Positions 30,192 through 37,943 of a DNA stretch of 64,000 nt are shown piece by piece. The notes beneath the pieces are model-generated. The model saw only the letters and a program-made list of their open reading frames with translations, had not been told where the DNA came from and searched no databases. Source of the DNA: Acidimicrobiales bacterium (GTDB taxonomy: Bacteria > Actinomycetota > Acidimicrobiia > Acidimicrobiales > JACCXE01); NCBI GenBank assembly GCA_035546775.1, contig DASZWD010000030.1:207526-271525 (forward strand), given 5' to 3'. Position 1 is the stretch's first letter. Each line of letters starts with the position of its first letter. Position numbers and translations under genes: made by a program.

Positions 30192-31163
30192 CTAGCTTTG
30201 ATTCTCCCCACCGAAGATCTCCGAGACGGATTGATCTTCGAAAACCGCCGAAATCACCTCGGCGATCAGGGGCGCCACCGACAGCTGTTCGATGATCGGC
30301 AGCTGGCGTTCGGGCGGCAGCGGGATGGTGTTGGTGCCCACCACCCGGGCGATCGACGAGTTCTTGAGCCGCTCGGTCGCCGGGTCGGACAGGATCAGAT
30401 GGGTGGCGGCCACCCATACTTCGGTGGCGCCGCGCTTGGAGAGCAGTTCGGCCGCCGCGGTGATGGTGCCGGCGGTGTCGATCATGTCGTCGATGAGCAC
30501 GCAGCAGCGACCGTCGACCTCGCCGACCATGTCGATGGCTTCGACGGCGCCGTCGCCCTTGGTGTCGCGCCGCTTCTGCACGAACACCAGATCGGCGCCG
30601 AGGTGGCGGGCGTAGCGGTCGGCCAGCTTCACGCCGCCGGCGTCGGGGGCGCAGACGACGACGTCGCCCGGCGCGTTGTTGCGGATGTAGTCGAGCAGCA
30701 CCGGCATGGCGACCAGGTGGTCGAAGGGCCCGTCGAAGAAGCCCTGGATCTGGCCCGAGTGCAGGTCGATCGTCATGATGCGGTCGGCACCGGCGACGGT
30801 GAGCATGTCGGCAACGAGCTTGGCCGTAATCGGTTCGCGGCCCGCCGCCTTGCGGTCCTGGCGGGCGTAGCCGTAGTACGGCAACACCGCGGTGATGCGC
30901 TTGGCGGAGGCCCGCTTGGCGGCGTCGAGCAGGATCATGTTCTCCATGATCGAGGCGTTGATCTCACCGCAGTGGCTCTGGATGATGAAGACGTCGGACC
31001 CGCGAATGTTCTCGGTGAACTGACACTTGATCTCGCCGTTGGGGAACGTCTTGAGGTTGGCGCTGCCCAGCGGCACCCCGAGGCAGTCGGCGATTTCTTC
31101 GGCCAGCGCGGTATGCGAGCGTCCGGAGAAGATCTTCAGTTTCTTGACCGGATTCAGTTCCAT
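30192..31163 (-). CDS. prs: ribose-phosphate diphosphokinase
   Basis: 323 aa. GYARQDRK, DLHSGQIQGFF, IDDMIDTAGT. Confidence 0.97.
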   Translation of the reverse strand: MELNPVKKLKIFSGRSHTALAEEIADCLGVPLGSANLKTFPNGEIKCQFTENIRGSDVFIIQSHCGEINASIMENMILLDAAKRASAKRITAVLPYYGYARQDRKAAGREPITAKLVADMLTVAGADRIMTIDLHSGQIQGFFDGPFDHLVAMPVLLDYIRNNAPGDVVVCAPDAGGVKLADRYARHLGADLVFVQKRRDTKGDGAVEAIDMVGEVDGRCCVLIDDMIDTAGTITAAAELLSKRGATEVWVAATHLILSDPATERLKNSSIARVVGTNTIPLPPERQLPIIEQLSVAPLIAEVISAVFEDQSVSEIFGGENQS

Positions 31164-31226
31164 GGCGTGCCGCCATCTTCGCGCGTGGCGCGCGACGCGC
31201 GCGCGGACATTCCGCGACGCGACGCG

Positions 31227-33302
31227 TTACTGGACGGCGCTGAGGGTGAGCGCACGGGTCAGCGTCGGGTTCCCGCGCGTGGCGACGACGACCTCCGTGG
31301 CCCCGCCGGCGACGTTGAGGCCGGTCGTCACGCTGGTCGAGAACGCCATCACGCCGCCGCCGACGGGCGAACCGTCGGCCCGGAACGCCCGGAGATGGGG
31401 GCCGCCACCGGTGCGGGGCACCGTGAGGATCTCGGAGAGACCGCCGTCGAGCTGCACCGCCCCCACCCGCACGCCGCCCCCGAACGCCGGGTCGTAGGCC
31501 ATGAAGCCGCCGCCGAGGGGCGAACCGTTGGCGCGGAAGAGCCGGACGTGCGGACCGCCGCCGGGACCGGCGGCCACCGCGATCTCAAGCCCGGGGTTGC
31601 CCCCGTCGAAGTCGCCCACGGCCACGCTCACGCCACCGGTGAACGCCGGGTCGAAGGCCATGAACCCACCGTTGTCGAGCGGCGTGCCGTCGGCGCTGAA
31701 CACCCGGACGTGCGGGCCGCCATGCGACAACGCGCCGGTGACGATCTCGTCGCCGGGGACGTCGGGACGCACGTCGCCCACCGCGACGCTGACGCCGCCG
31801 GTGAAGTACGGGCCGTAGGCATAGAAGCCCGAGCCGGCCTGACCGGGTGCGGGCGTCCCGTTCGCGAGGAACGTGCGGACGTGGGGGCCCCCACCGGGGC
31901 CGGCGCCGGTCACGATCTCGTTGCCGTCGCTGTTGGGCAACGCGTCGCCGACGGCGACGTCGACGCCGCCGTGGAACTCGGCGCCGTACGCGTAAAAGCC
32001 GACGGGCAGCGGGGTCATCGCCGCGGACCACACCCGCACGTGCGGGCCACCGCCGGGCCCCGCGGCCGTCACGATCTCCTGGCCGGCGCTGCTCGGGTCG
32101 AGTTCGCCGACGGCAACGGTGTTGCCCCCGCCGAAGCCCGTCCCGTAGGGCGCGACCGTCTGGGTGCCGATGCCGATCTGCAGGCGACGGATCGTGCCGC
32201 CCGACGGATTGGCGATGGGTACGCCGCTGCGCACGAGTTGCGCGGTGACGGCGTCGGGCGTTGCCTCGGGCCCGAGTTTCTGCGCGAAGACCAGCGCCGC
32301 CGCAGCCGACACGAGTGGCGCGGCGAGCGAGGTGCCGCTGGCGAGTCCGTATCCTCCGCCGACCTGCGTCGTGAGCAAGTTGTTGCCGGGCGCCGCGATG
32401 TCGACGGTGGGACCACGGCGCGAGAACGTGGCGACGGTGTCCTGCTGGGTACTCGCGGCGACCGACAGCACGTGATCCATGGCGGCCGGGTACTTGGGCG
32501 ACGTCGGTGTGCCGCCCTGGTCGTCGTTGTTGCCGGCGGCGGCGACTACCAGCACGCCGTGCTGGTAGGCGCGGGTGATGGCGTCCTGGAGCGGCTGTTC
32601 GTAGGTCGTGCCGGCGAGCGACAGGTTGATCACCTTGGCGCCGCGGGCGACGGCGTCGTCGATGCCGTTGATGACCCAGCTGGTGAAGCCTTCGCCGTTG
32701 ACGTCGAGGACCTTCTCGGACAACAACTTCACGTTCCAGCCCACCGACGCGATACCAGCGCCGTTGTTCGTCGCCGCGCCGGCGACACCTGCGACTTCGG
32801 TGCCGTGGTCGCCGTTGCCGTCGTGAACGTCGGTGAAGTCAAAGCTGCCCGAGACCTTCGGCGCCAGGTCGGGATGCGATGTGTCGATGCCCGAGTCGAG
32901 GATGGCGATGGTCACGCCGCTGCCGGTGGAGCGGTCCCACGCGCTCGAGGCGCCGACCGGACCGAGGTACCACTCGCTCTGGCCGCCGTTGCACGCGTCG
33001 ATGCAGGGATCGTTGGGGACGGCCTGCGCCCGCACGGGCGCGTCGGGCATGACCGACGCGATGCCGGCGAGGCCGTGCAGCGCCGCCGGGTCGGCGTTGA
33101 CCGCCAGGCCGTTCGGGCCGACGCGGCGGCCGCCGAAGCGCGCCAGCAGTGCGGGAACTTGCGCGCCGTCGTGCAGGGTGACGATCAACCGTTGCGCGGC
33201 GTTGGTTTGTGCGCTCGCGGCGCCGGAGAGATTCGTCGCCACGAGCGCGGCAACAGCTGCGAGGGCGAGTACTGCGACGCGAGGACCCAGTCGTCGAACG
33301 AT
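31227..33302 (-). CDS. secreted S8 (subtilisin-like) serine peptidase with C-terminal FG-GAP-type repeats
   Basis: Catalytic triad AILDSGID, HGTEVAG, SGTSLAAP. At least 5 repeats ending (A/G)xGPGGGPHVRxF/W. The first canonical start (GTG 33242) lies inside an obvious signal peptide, so the 5' end is extended provisionally to ATC 33302 (see findings). Confidence 0.85.
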   Translation of the reverse strand: MVRRLGPRVAVLALAAVAALVATNLSGAASAQTNAAQRLIVTLHDGAQVPALLARFGGRRVGPNGLAVNADPAALHGLAGIASVMPDAPVRAQAVPNDPCIDACNGGQSEWYLGPVGASSAWDRSTGSGVTIAILDSGIDTSHPDLAPKVSGSFDFTDVHDGNGDHGTEVAGVAGAATNNGAGIASVGWNVKLLSEKVLDVNGEGFTSWVINGIDDAVARGAKVINLSLAGTTYEQPLQDAITRAYQHGVLVVAAAGNNDDQGGTPTSPKYPAAMDHVLSVAASTQQDTVATFSRRGPTVDIAAPGNNLLTTQVGGGYGLASGTSLAAPLVSAAAALVFAQKLGPEATPDAVTAQLVRSGVPIANPSGGTIRRLQIGIGTQTVAPYGTGFGGGNTVAVGELDPSSAGQEIVTAAGPGGGPHVRVWSAAMTPLPVGFYAYGAEFHGGVDVAVGDALPNSDGNEIVTGAGPGGGPHVRTFLANGTPAPGQAGSGFYAYGPYFTGGVSVAVGDVRPDVPGDEIVTGALSHGGPHVRVFSADGTPLDNGGFMAFDPAFTGGVSVAVGDFDGGNPGLEIAVAAGPGGGPHVRLFRANGSPLGGGFMAYDPAFGGGVRVGAVQLDGGLSEILTVPRTGGGPHLRAFRADGSPVGGGVMAFSTSVTTGLNVAGGATEVVVATRGNPTLTRALTLSAVQ

Positions 33303-33311
33303 GCGACTGTT

Positions 33312-34409
33312 CTAGTCGACGGCGGTGCCGCTGAAGAACGCACCCGTCGCCGCGTGAGGCGCCACGCGCGCCCCGGGCTCGAGCGACGCGAACGGACCGA
33401 CGACGGCGTGCTCGCCGATCTCGGCCTGGCGCGCCACGGTGTTCTGCACCACCGCGCCCTCACCCACCGTGCAGTCGACGAGGCGCGTGTTCGGACCGAT
33501 CTCGGCGTGCTCTCCGATGACGCAGTGACCCTGCAGGATCGTGCCCGGGAACAGGGTGACGTCGGTGCCGAGTTCGACCGACGCGTCGACGTAGGTGTGC
33601 TCGGGGTCGAGCATCGTCACGCCGCGGCGCATCCACTTCTCGTTGGTGCGATCGCGCAACTCGGCTTCCGCGACCGCGAGTTGCGCACGGTCGTTGACCC
33701 CCGCCGCCTCCATCGAGTCAGCGGCCTCGAGCGTGGTGATCGTGTAGCCGGCGTCGAACAGCACGCCGACGACGTCGGTCAGGTAGTACTCACCCTTGGC
33801 GTTGTCGGGCATGACGCGGCGCAGTCCGGGTGCGAGCACGCCGTGACGGAACACGTAGATCGACGTGTTGATCTCGTCGATGTCGCGCTCCTCGGGCGAG
33901 GCGTCGACTTCTTCGGTGATGCGCGCCACGCGGCCGTCCTCGCGGCGCACGACGCGGCCGTAACCGTACGGATCGCTAACCCGCGCCGTGAGCAGCGTCG
34001 CCGCGGCGTCGGCGGCGCGGTGCTGGCGCACGAGCGCCGCGATGGTGGCGGGGCGCAGCAGCGGCGTGTCGCCCGGCAAGACGATGACGTCGCCGTCTTC
34101 GTCGTCGGCATCGGGCAGCGCCGTGATACCGACGGAGACGGCGTCGCCCGTCCCGCGCTGCACGGGCTGTTCGACGAAGTCGATCTGGACGCCTTCAGGC
34201 GCCTCCTCGGTTACGGCCTTCACCACGCGGTCGGCGCCGTGGCCGACGACGATCACGATGCGTTCGACGTGCAGTTCGGCCAGCGCGTCGATCACGTGCA
34301 GGACCATGGCCCGGCCGCACAAACGGTGCAGCGGCTTGGGACGGGCCGACATCATGCGGGTGCCTTCCCCAGCGGCGAGCACCACGGCGGAAAGCGGACG
34401 AGGTGTCAC
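33312..34409 (-). CDS. glmU: GlmU-like N-acetylglucosamine-1-phosphate uridyltransferase, C-terminally truncated in the LbH (acetyltransferase) domain
   Basis: LAAGEGTRM, PGDTPLL, NTSIYVF, then LbH hexapeptides ending at ..VGPFASLEPGARVAPHAATGAFFSGTAVD*. 365 aa against 456 (E. coli) and 495 (M. tuberculosis) as I recall. Confidence 0.85.
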   Translation of the reverse strand: MTPRPLSAVVLAAGEGTRMMSARPKPLHRLCGRAMVLHVIDALAELHVERIVIVVGHGADRVVKAVTEEAPEGVQIDFVEQPVQRGTGDAVSVGITALPDADDEDGDVIVLPGDTPLLRPATIAALVRQHRAADAAATLLTARVSDPYGYGRVVRREDGRVARITEEVDASPEERDIDEINTSIYVFRHGVLAPGLRRVMPDNAKGEYYLTDVVGVLFDAGYTITTLEAADSMEAAGVNDRAQLAVAEAELRDRTNEKWMRRGVTMLDPEHTYVDASVELGTDVTLFPGTILQGHCVIGEHAEIGPNTRLVDCTVGEGAVVQNTVARQAEIGEHAVVGPFASLEPGARVAPHAATGAFFSGTAVD

Positions 34410-34475
34410 GCCTAAGTGTTTACCGCGTCCGCCCGCGAGTCCTGTCTCAACCGTCCGAAAACTACGGTCACGGCG

Positions 34476-35027
34476 ATGCGGCGCGCGGTGGTGATCCTGG
34501 GGCTCCTGCTGGGCGCGCTCGCACCGGCGTCACCGGCGTCGGCCCATATCTGCTCGCTACCAGCGCATTTCGCCGTGCACGAACAGGTGAACCTGAACAT
34601 CACGGTGGCCGCCGAGGACCAACCGGTGCGCGCCGTCGACATTTCCGTGCCCGACGGATTCAGCCTCACCCACGCCGAGGGCTACCTCGGCTTCACCGCA
34701 TCACGACGCGGCCAGTGGGTCCACTTCGAGGGCGGCGAGATCGCGATCTACGACTGCCAGTCGTTTCTGTTCCAGGGCCGCACGACCCGGTCGGGCCGGC
34801 TCGTGGCCCACATCGTCACGACGGCCGCCGACGGCACCAAGACCCACTACGACGACGTCCGCTCCGGCTCGCACTACCCCGCCCAAGTCATCTACGTGGG
34901 CGCCGGTTCCGCGCCGGCGCAGCACACGCCGTCGAAGACGCCGATCCAACTGGCCATCGTCATCGTCGCCGGTGCCGCGCTCTTCGCACTGGCACGCAAG
35001 ACCCAACGCCGCCGCGCCGACGGGTAG
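34476..35027 (+). CDS. YcnI/DUF1775-like exported protein with C-terminal membrane anchor
   Basis: Internal ATG gives signal peptide MRRAVVILGLLLGALAPASPASA followed by His as the first mature residue. C-terminal TM helix IQLAIVIVAGAALFALA plus a basic tail. Confidence 0.55.
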   Translation: MRRAVVILGLLLGALAPASPASAHICSLPAHFAVHEQVNLNITVAAEDQPVRAVDISVPDGFSLTHAEGYLGFTASRRGQWVHFEGGEIAIYDCQSFLFQGRTTRSGRLVAHIVTTAADGTKTHYDDVRSGSHYPAQVIYVGAGSAPAQHTPSKTPIQLAIVIVAGAALFALARKTQRRRADG

Positions 35028-35483
35028 CTAACGCTTCAGCCGGCTCCAACCCGGCATCCGCTCGGCCAGGCGAGCCTGCCAACCGAACCGGATCGGCAGA
35101 TCCGGGCGTCGCGCGGCAATCTCGGCGGTGAACTCCTGAAGGCCCTTCGTCGCGAGAACGACGACACTCGGTGCGCCCCTGATCTTGAAGACTTCGACGT
35201 TCGTCGCGAACCGCTGCGGCCGTATCTCGACGAGGTCACGCAGTGGGATGTGCCCGCTCCTCAGTGGCGTGGACCACCACAGATAGTCGCCGTCGAGGCG
35301 GAGTTCCGACACGATCCGAAACAGCCACCAGTACGCGTTCCAGGCCAGCACGCCCAGCCACAAGACGACGAATCCGGCCGGAGGAGCGTCGGGGCCGCCC
35401 TGCACCGTCGTGCCGACCAGCACGATCGCGGCCACGGCGAACACCCCGAACGTCACAAAGACGAACCACTTCCCCATCGGCAT
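35028..35483 (-). CDS. small membrane protein (two N-terminal TM helices, PH-like C-terminal part)
   Basis: 151 aa from ATG 35483. The rest of the 300-aa ORF crosses the tRNA gene and is Arg/Ser-rich junk. Confidence 0.6.
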   Translation of the reverse strand: MPMGKWFVFVTFGVFAVAAIVLVGTTVQGGPDAPPAGFVVLWLGVLAWNAYWWLFRIVSELRLDGDYLWWSTPLRSGHIPLRDLVEIRPQRFATNVEVFKIRGAPSVVVLATKGLQEFTAEIAARRPDLPIRFGWQARLAERMPGWSRLKR

Positions 35484-35577
35484 CGGCGCGTATCGCACGC
35501 TCGACAGGTTGCCACTCGAAGCCCGTAATCGACATCGATCGCCTTGGCATCGGTTGTGGATGTTGAATGGTCGATAG

Positions 35578-35649
35578 CTCGGGGACGAGGACTCGAACCT
35601 CGACAAGAACATCCAAAGTGTCCGGTGCTGCCAATTACACCATCCCCGA
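35578..35649 (-). tRNA. tRNA-Gln (anticodon UUG), CCA not encoded
   Basis: Hand-folded cloverleaf. Acceptor TCGGGGA/TCCCCGA, D arm GTGT-AATTGGCA-GCAC, anticodon arm GGACA-CTTTGGA-TGTTC, variable loop TTGT, T arm CGAGG-TTCGAGT-CCTCG, discriminator G. Confidence 0.9.
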
Positions 35650-36516
35650 AGGAGCCTCCACGGTAGCGACCGCCGCCACGAAACCCTGCCACCAACCGGC
35701 GATCTGGCGGTTGAGGTCGGTGCTCTTTGGCACGTCGACGCGCAGACAGCCGACATAGTCCGCAAGCGGAAGGCGCCGACCCGAGAGCGTTTCGTGCGTC
35801 TTTCGGGTCGTCGGCCGCAGCTCGGACTCCTCGATGCCGACGACGCCTGCCCAGAAACGCTCTGCCGCCGCAACATCGCCCGTCTTGTGGATCGCGACGC
35901 GAAAGATGAGTTCATCCTCTGCGACGCCAATCAGCGCGAGCCAAGCGAGGAACACCCGGATGATGTCGGGATCAGAGTTGATGAAAGACACGCGCTGACT
36001 CGGATTCCACGGCTTCGCCTTCCCGCCTTCCGCCCAGTACAACGCGAGCCCGGCCATGAACAGCTCAGAGCCGACGAGGGCGGCAGGCATCGCTGCACTG
36101 GCCCGCGACTTGATCTCGACTTCGCGCGCCTCTCGCATCGCCCGCCGAGCGGCCGCCCCCTTTCGCTGCCCCGCATCGCGCGCTCGTTGGAGACGCTCGG
36201 CGCCCTCGTCGGCGACGAGCACGTCATGCAGCCAGGCCGACAAAGTGCCCTTGGAAACGCCGAGCGCGGCGACGATTTCGCCGTACGTCCACCCACGGAG
36301 CCGCAGGTCGACCGCTGCGGCACGAAGGTCATCCTTCGCGGTCGGCCGTTTGGTCCACGTCGGCGGCGGCACACCCTTGAGCCAACGGCTCAGCACTCCA
36401 CCGGTTGATCGATGACCGAGGATCTCGGCAATCTGCGACAGCGACTTGCCCTCGGCACGGAGCTCAACAGCGCGTTCTTTGGACATGTCCGGGAGGGTAC
36501 GGACGAGGTGTAACAC
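35635..36516 (-). CDS. double-HTH protein with single LAGLIDADG-like motif (possible free-standing homing-endonuclease relic)
   Basis: 293 aa. Two HTH-like segments (KSLSQIAEILG.., WTYGEIVAALGVSKGTLSAW). MAGLALYWAEGGK resembles the LAGLIDADG block. The start is uncertain (GTG 36516 or ATG 36486). The 3' end overlaps tRNA-Gln by 15 nt. Confidence 0.6.
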   Translation of the reverse strand: MLHLVRTLPDMSKERAVELRAEGKSLSQIAEILGHRSTGGVLSRWLKGVPPPTWTKRPTAKDDLRAAAVDLRLRGWTYGEIVAALGVSKGTLSAWLHDVLVADEGAERLQRARDAGQRKGAAARRAMREAREVEIKSRASAAMPAALVGSELFMAGLALYWAEGGKAKPWNPSQRVSFINSDPDIIRVFLAWLALIGVAEDELIFRVAIHKTGDVAAAERFWAGVVGIEESELRPTTRKTHETLSGRRLPLADYVGCLRVDVPKSTDLNRQIAGWWQGFVAAVATVEAPSGMV

Positions 36517-36519
36517 CCT

Positions 36520-36553
36520 CCGAAATACAAGAGCCCACCCGGGGAGGGTGGGC
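36520..36553 (-). terminator. intrinsic terminator after the bS22 gene
   Basis: The minus-strand RNA reads GCCCACCC-UCCCC-GGGUGGGC followed by UCUUGUAUUU. The stem starts at the last base of the UAG stop. Confidence 0.6.
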
Positions 36554-36654
36554 TACTTGCCGGCGGCGCGCCGTTGGAAGCGGGTCGCCTTGAGCATCTT
36601 GCGATGCTTCTTCTTGCGCATGCGCTTACGGCGCTTCTTGATCAGTGAACCCAT
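36553..36654 (-). CDS. 30S ribosomal protein bS22 (33 aa)
   Basis: Hand-translated as MGSLIKKRRKRMRKKKHRKMLKATRFQRRAAGK*. It matches the actinobacterial bS22 consensus I remember (MGSVIKKRRKRM.KKKHRK). Too short for the supplied ORF track. Confidence 0.85.
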   Translation of the reverse strand: MGSLIKKRRKRMRKKKHRKMLKATRFQRRAAGK

Positions 36655-36678
36655 GACGGCGGGCGACGATAGCGGGTC

Positions 36679-36704
36679 GTAGCCGGTTGAAGCGAACCGG
36701 CTAC
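36679..36704 (-). other. 10-bp perfect stem-loop (GTAGCCGGTT-6 nt-AACCGGCTAC) covering the stop codon of the FG-GAP gene, 24 nt before the bS22 start
   Basis: Read directly. No U tract. Confidence 0.4.
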
Positions 36705-37921
36705 GGCGCCGCCGTCGTCGTGGTGGTCTCGGGAACGGTCGTCGAGGTCGTGGTTGTCGACGTGGAGGTCGTCGACGTCGAAGTGGTGGTCGTCGAGGTG
36801 GACGTGGTCGTCGTCGGCGGCGGGTTCACGGGCACGATGCCGAAGCCGGCGGCGACGCGCACGCCGCCGTTCCAACCGGTGCCGTAGGGCAGCGCTTGGA
36901 GGGTGAAGGTGCCGTCGACGTCGTAGCCGCGGATGTAGTCGCCACGGTTGGCGCAGTTCGGCGGCGTGTTGTCGACCGAGCACGGGCCGAGACCGGCGCC
37001 GTAGGGCGCCACGATCAGCGGGCCGTTGATGTCGTCGAGGAAGGCCACCTGCACGCCGGTGGCGACGCGGTCGTCGAACGCCGGGAAGCTGACGTCGCCT
37101 GGCGCCGCGGTGTTCACGTCGAAGGAGCGGATGTGGCCGCGGCCACCGAGAGCGCCGGTGAAGATCTCGTCGACGTTGTCGCCGTCCTCGTCGAAGGCGG
37201 TCACCGACACACCACCGTTGTAGGGCGCGTTGTATGCCATGAACTGATTCGTCGTGGTGGCCAGATCGGGCGACCACACCTTGACGTGGGGACCGCCGCC
37301 CGGACCCGCCGCCGTCACGATGCTCTCGTTGTCGGAGTCGGCATTGGTGTACGCACCGGCGACGAACACGCCGCCGTGGAAGCCCGTGTCATAGGCCATG
37401 CGTTCGCTCTTGACCACGGGATGGTCACTGACGATGTCCCACACGCGCACGTGGGGGCCGCCGCCGGCACCGGCGCCGGTGATGATCTCCATGTCGCCGT
37501 TGCCGTCGACGTCGGCCACGCCGAGGTGCACGCCGCCGGTGAACGCCGGGTCGTAGGCCATGAAGCTCCACTTGTCGATGGGCGCGCCGCCGAGCGTCCA
37601 GACGCGCACGTGCGGGCCGCCACCGGGGCCCGCCGCCGTGATGATCTCGTCCTGACCGTCGCCGTTGAGGTCGCCCATCGCCACTTCGACGCCGCCGTGG
37701 AAGCCGGGGTCGTAGGCGTAGAAGCTCGTGGAGGTCTCCTGCGCGCCCGTGGTGCGGAACAGGCGGACGTGCGGCCCGCCGCCGGGACCGGGGGCCGTCA
37801 CGAAGAGGGACTCACCCGCCGCCGCCGCCGCGCCGTTGTGGGTGACCAGGTACGTACCGGCGCCGAGCACCGCCACCAGAGACGCGACGACCACCCGCCG
37901 CGAAGGAAGACGCATGGGCAC
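36701..37921 (-). CDS. secreted FG-GAP-repeat beta-propeller protein with C-terminal Thr/Ser-rich tail
   Basis: 406 aa. Signal peptide MPMRLPSRRVVVASLVAVLGAG. Five GPGGGPHV(R/K)xW/F repeats with GDxNGDGxDEI. Tail PPPTTTTSTSTTTTSTSTTSTSTTTTSTT. Confidence 0.85.
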   Translation of the reverse strand: MPMRLPSRRVVVASLVAVLGAGTYLVTHNGAAAAAGESLFVTAPGPGGGPHVRLFRTTGAQETSTSFYAYDPGFHGGVEVAMGDLNGDGQDEIITAAGPGGGPHVRVWTLGGAPIDKWSFMAYDPAFTGGVHLGVADVDGNGDMEIITGAGAGGGPHVRVWDIVSDHPVVKSERMAYDTGFHGGVFVAGAYTNADSDNESIVTAAGPGGGPHVKVWSPDLATTTNQFMAYNAPYNGGVSVTAFDEDGDNVDEIFTGALGGRGHIRSFDVNTAAPGDVSFPAFDDRVATGVQVAFLDDINGPLIVAPYGAGLGPCSVDNTPPNCANRGDYIRGYDVDGTFTLQALPYGTGWNGGVRVAAGFGIVPVNPPPTTTTSTSTTTTSTSTTSTSTTTTSTTVPETTTTTAAP

Positions 37922-37943
37922 TGTTTACCCGATTCGCGTCGTA

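Noticed and set aside
30066-34415. 1449-aa ORF on the plus strand, the longest in the track
   Set aside because: It runs antisense to three strongly supported minus-strand genes (prs, S8 peptidase, glmU). The product is Arg/Gly/Ala/Asp-rich with no motif. This is a typical stop-free antisense frame of high-GC, GC3-biased coding DNA.
36716-36830. Repetitive GTCGTCGA/GGTGGT-type DNA, and the 51318-51410 repeats, considered as possible CRISPR or satellite arrays
   Set aside because: The periodicity is 3, 6 or 15 nt inside well-supported ORFs, encoding poly-Thr/Ser, (PE)n and KAVST. There is no repeat-spacer structure and no cas genes.
31227-37921. Whole 31.2-37.9 kb interval as a genomic island or integrated element next to tRNA-Gln
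   Set aside because: I saw no integrase, transposase or direct repeats of the tRNA 3' end. The interval also contains core genes (glmU, bS22, tRNA). Only the individual oddities (truncated glmU, S8/FG-GAP genes, LAGLIDADG-like ORF) are reported.
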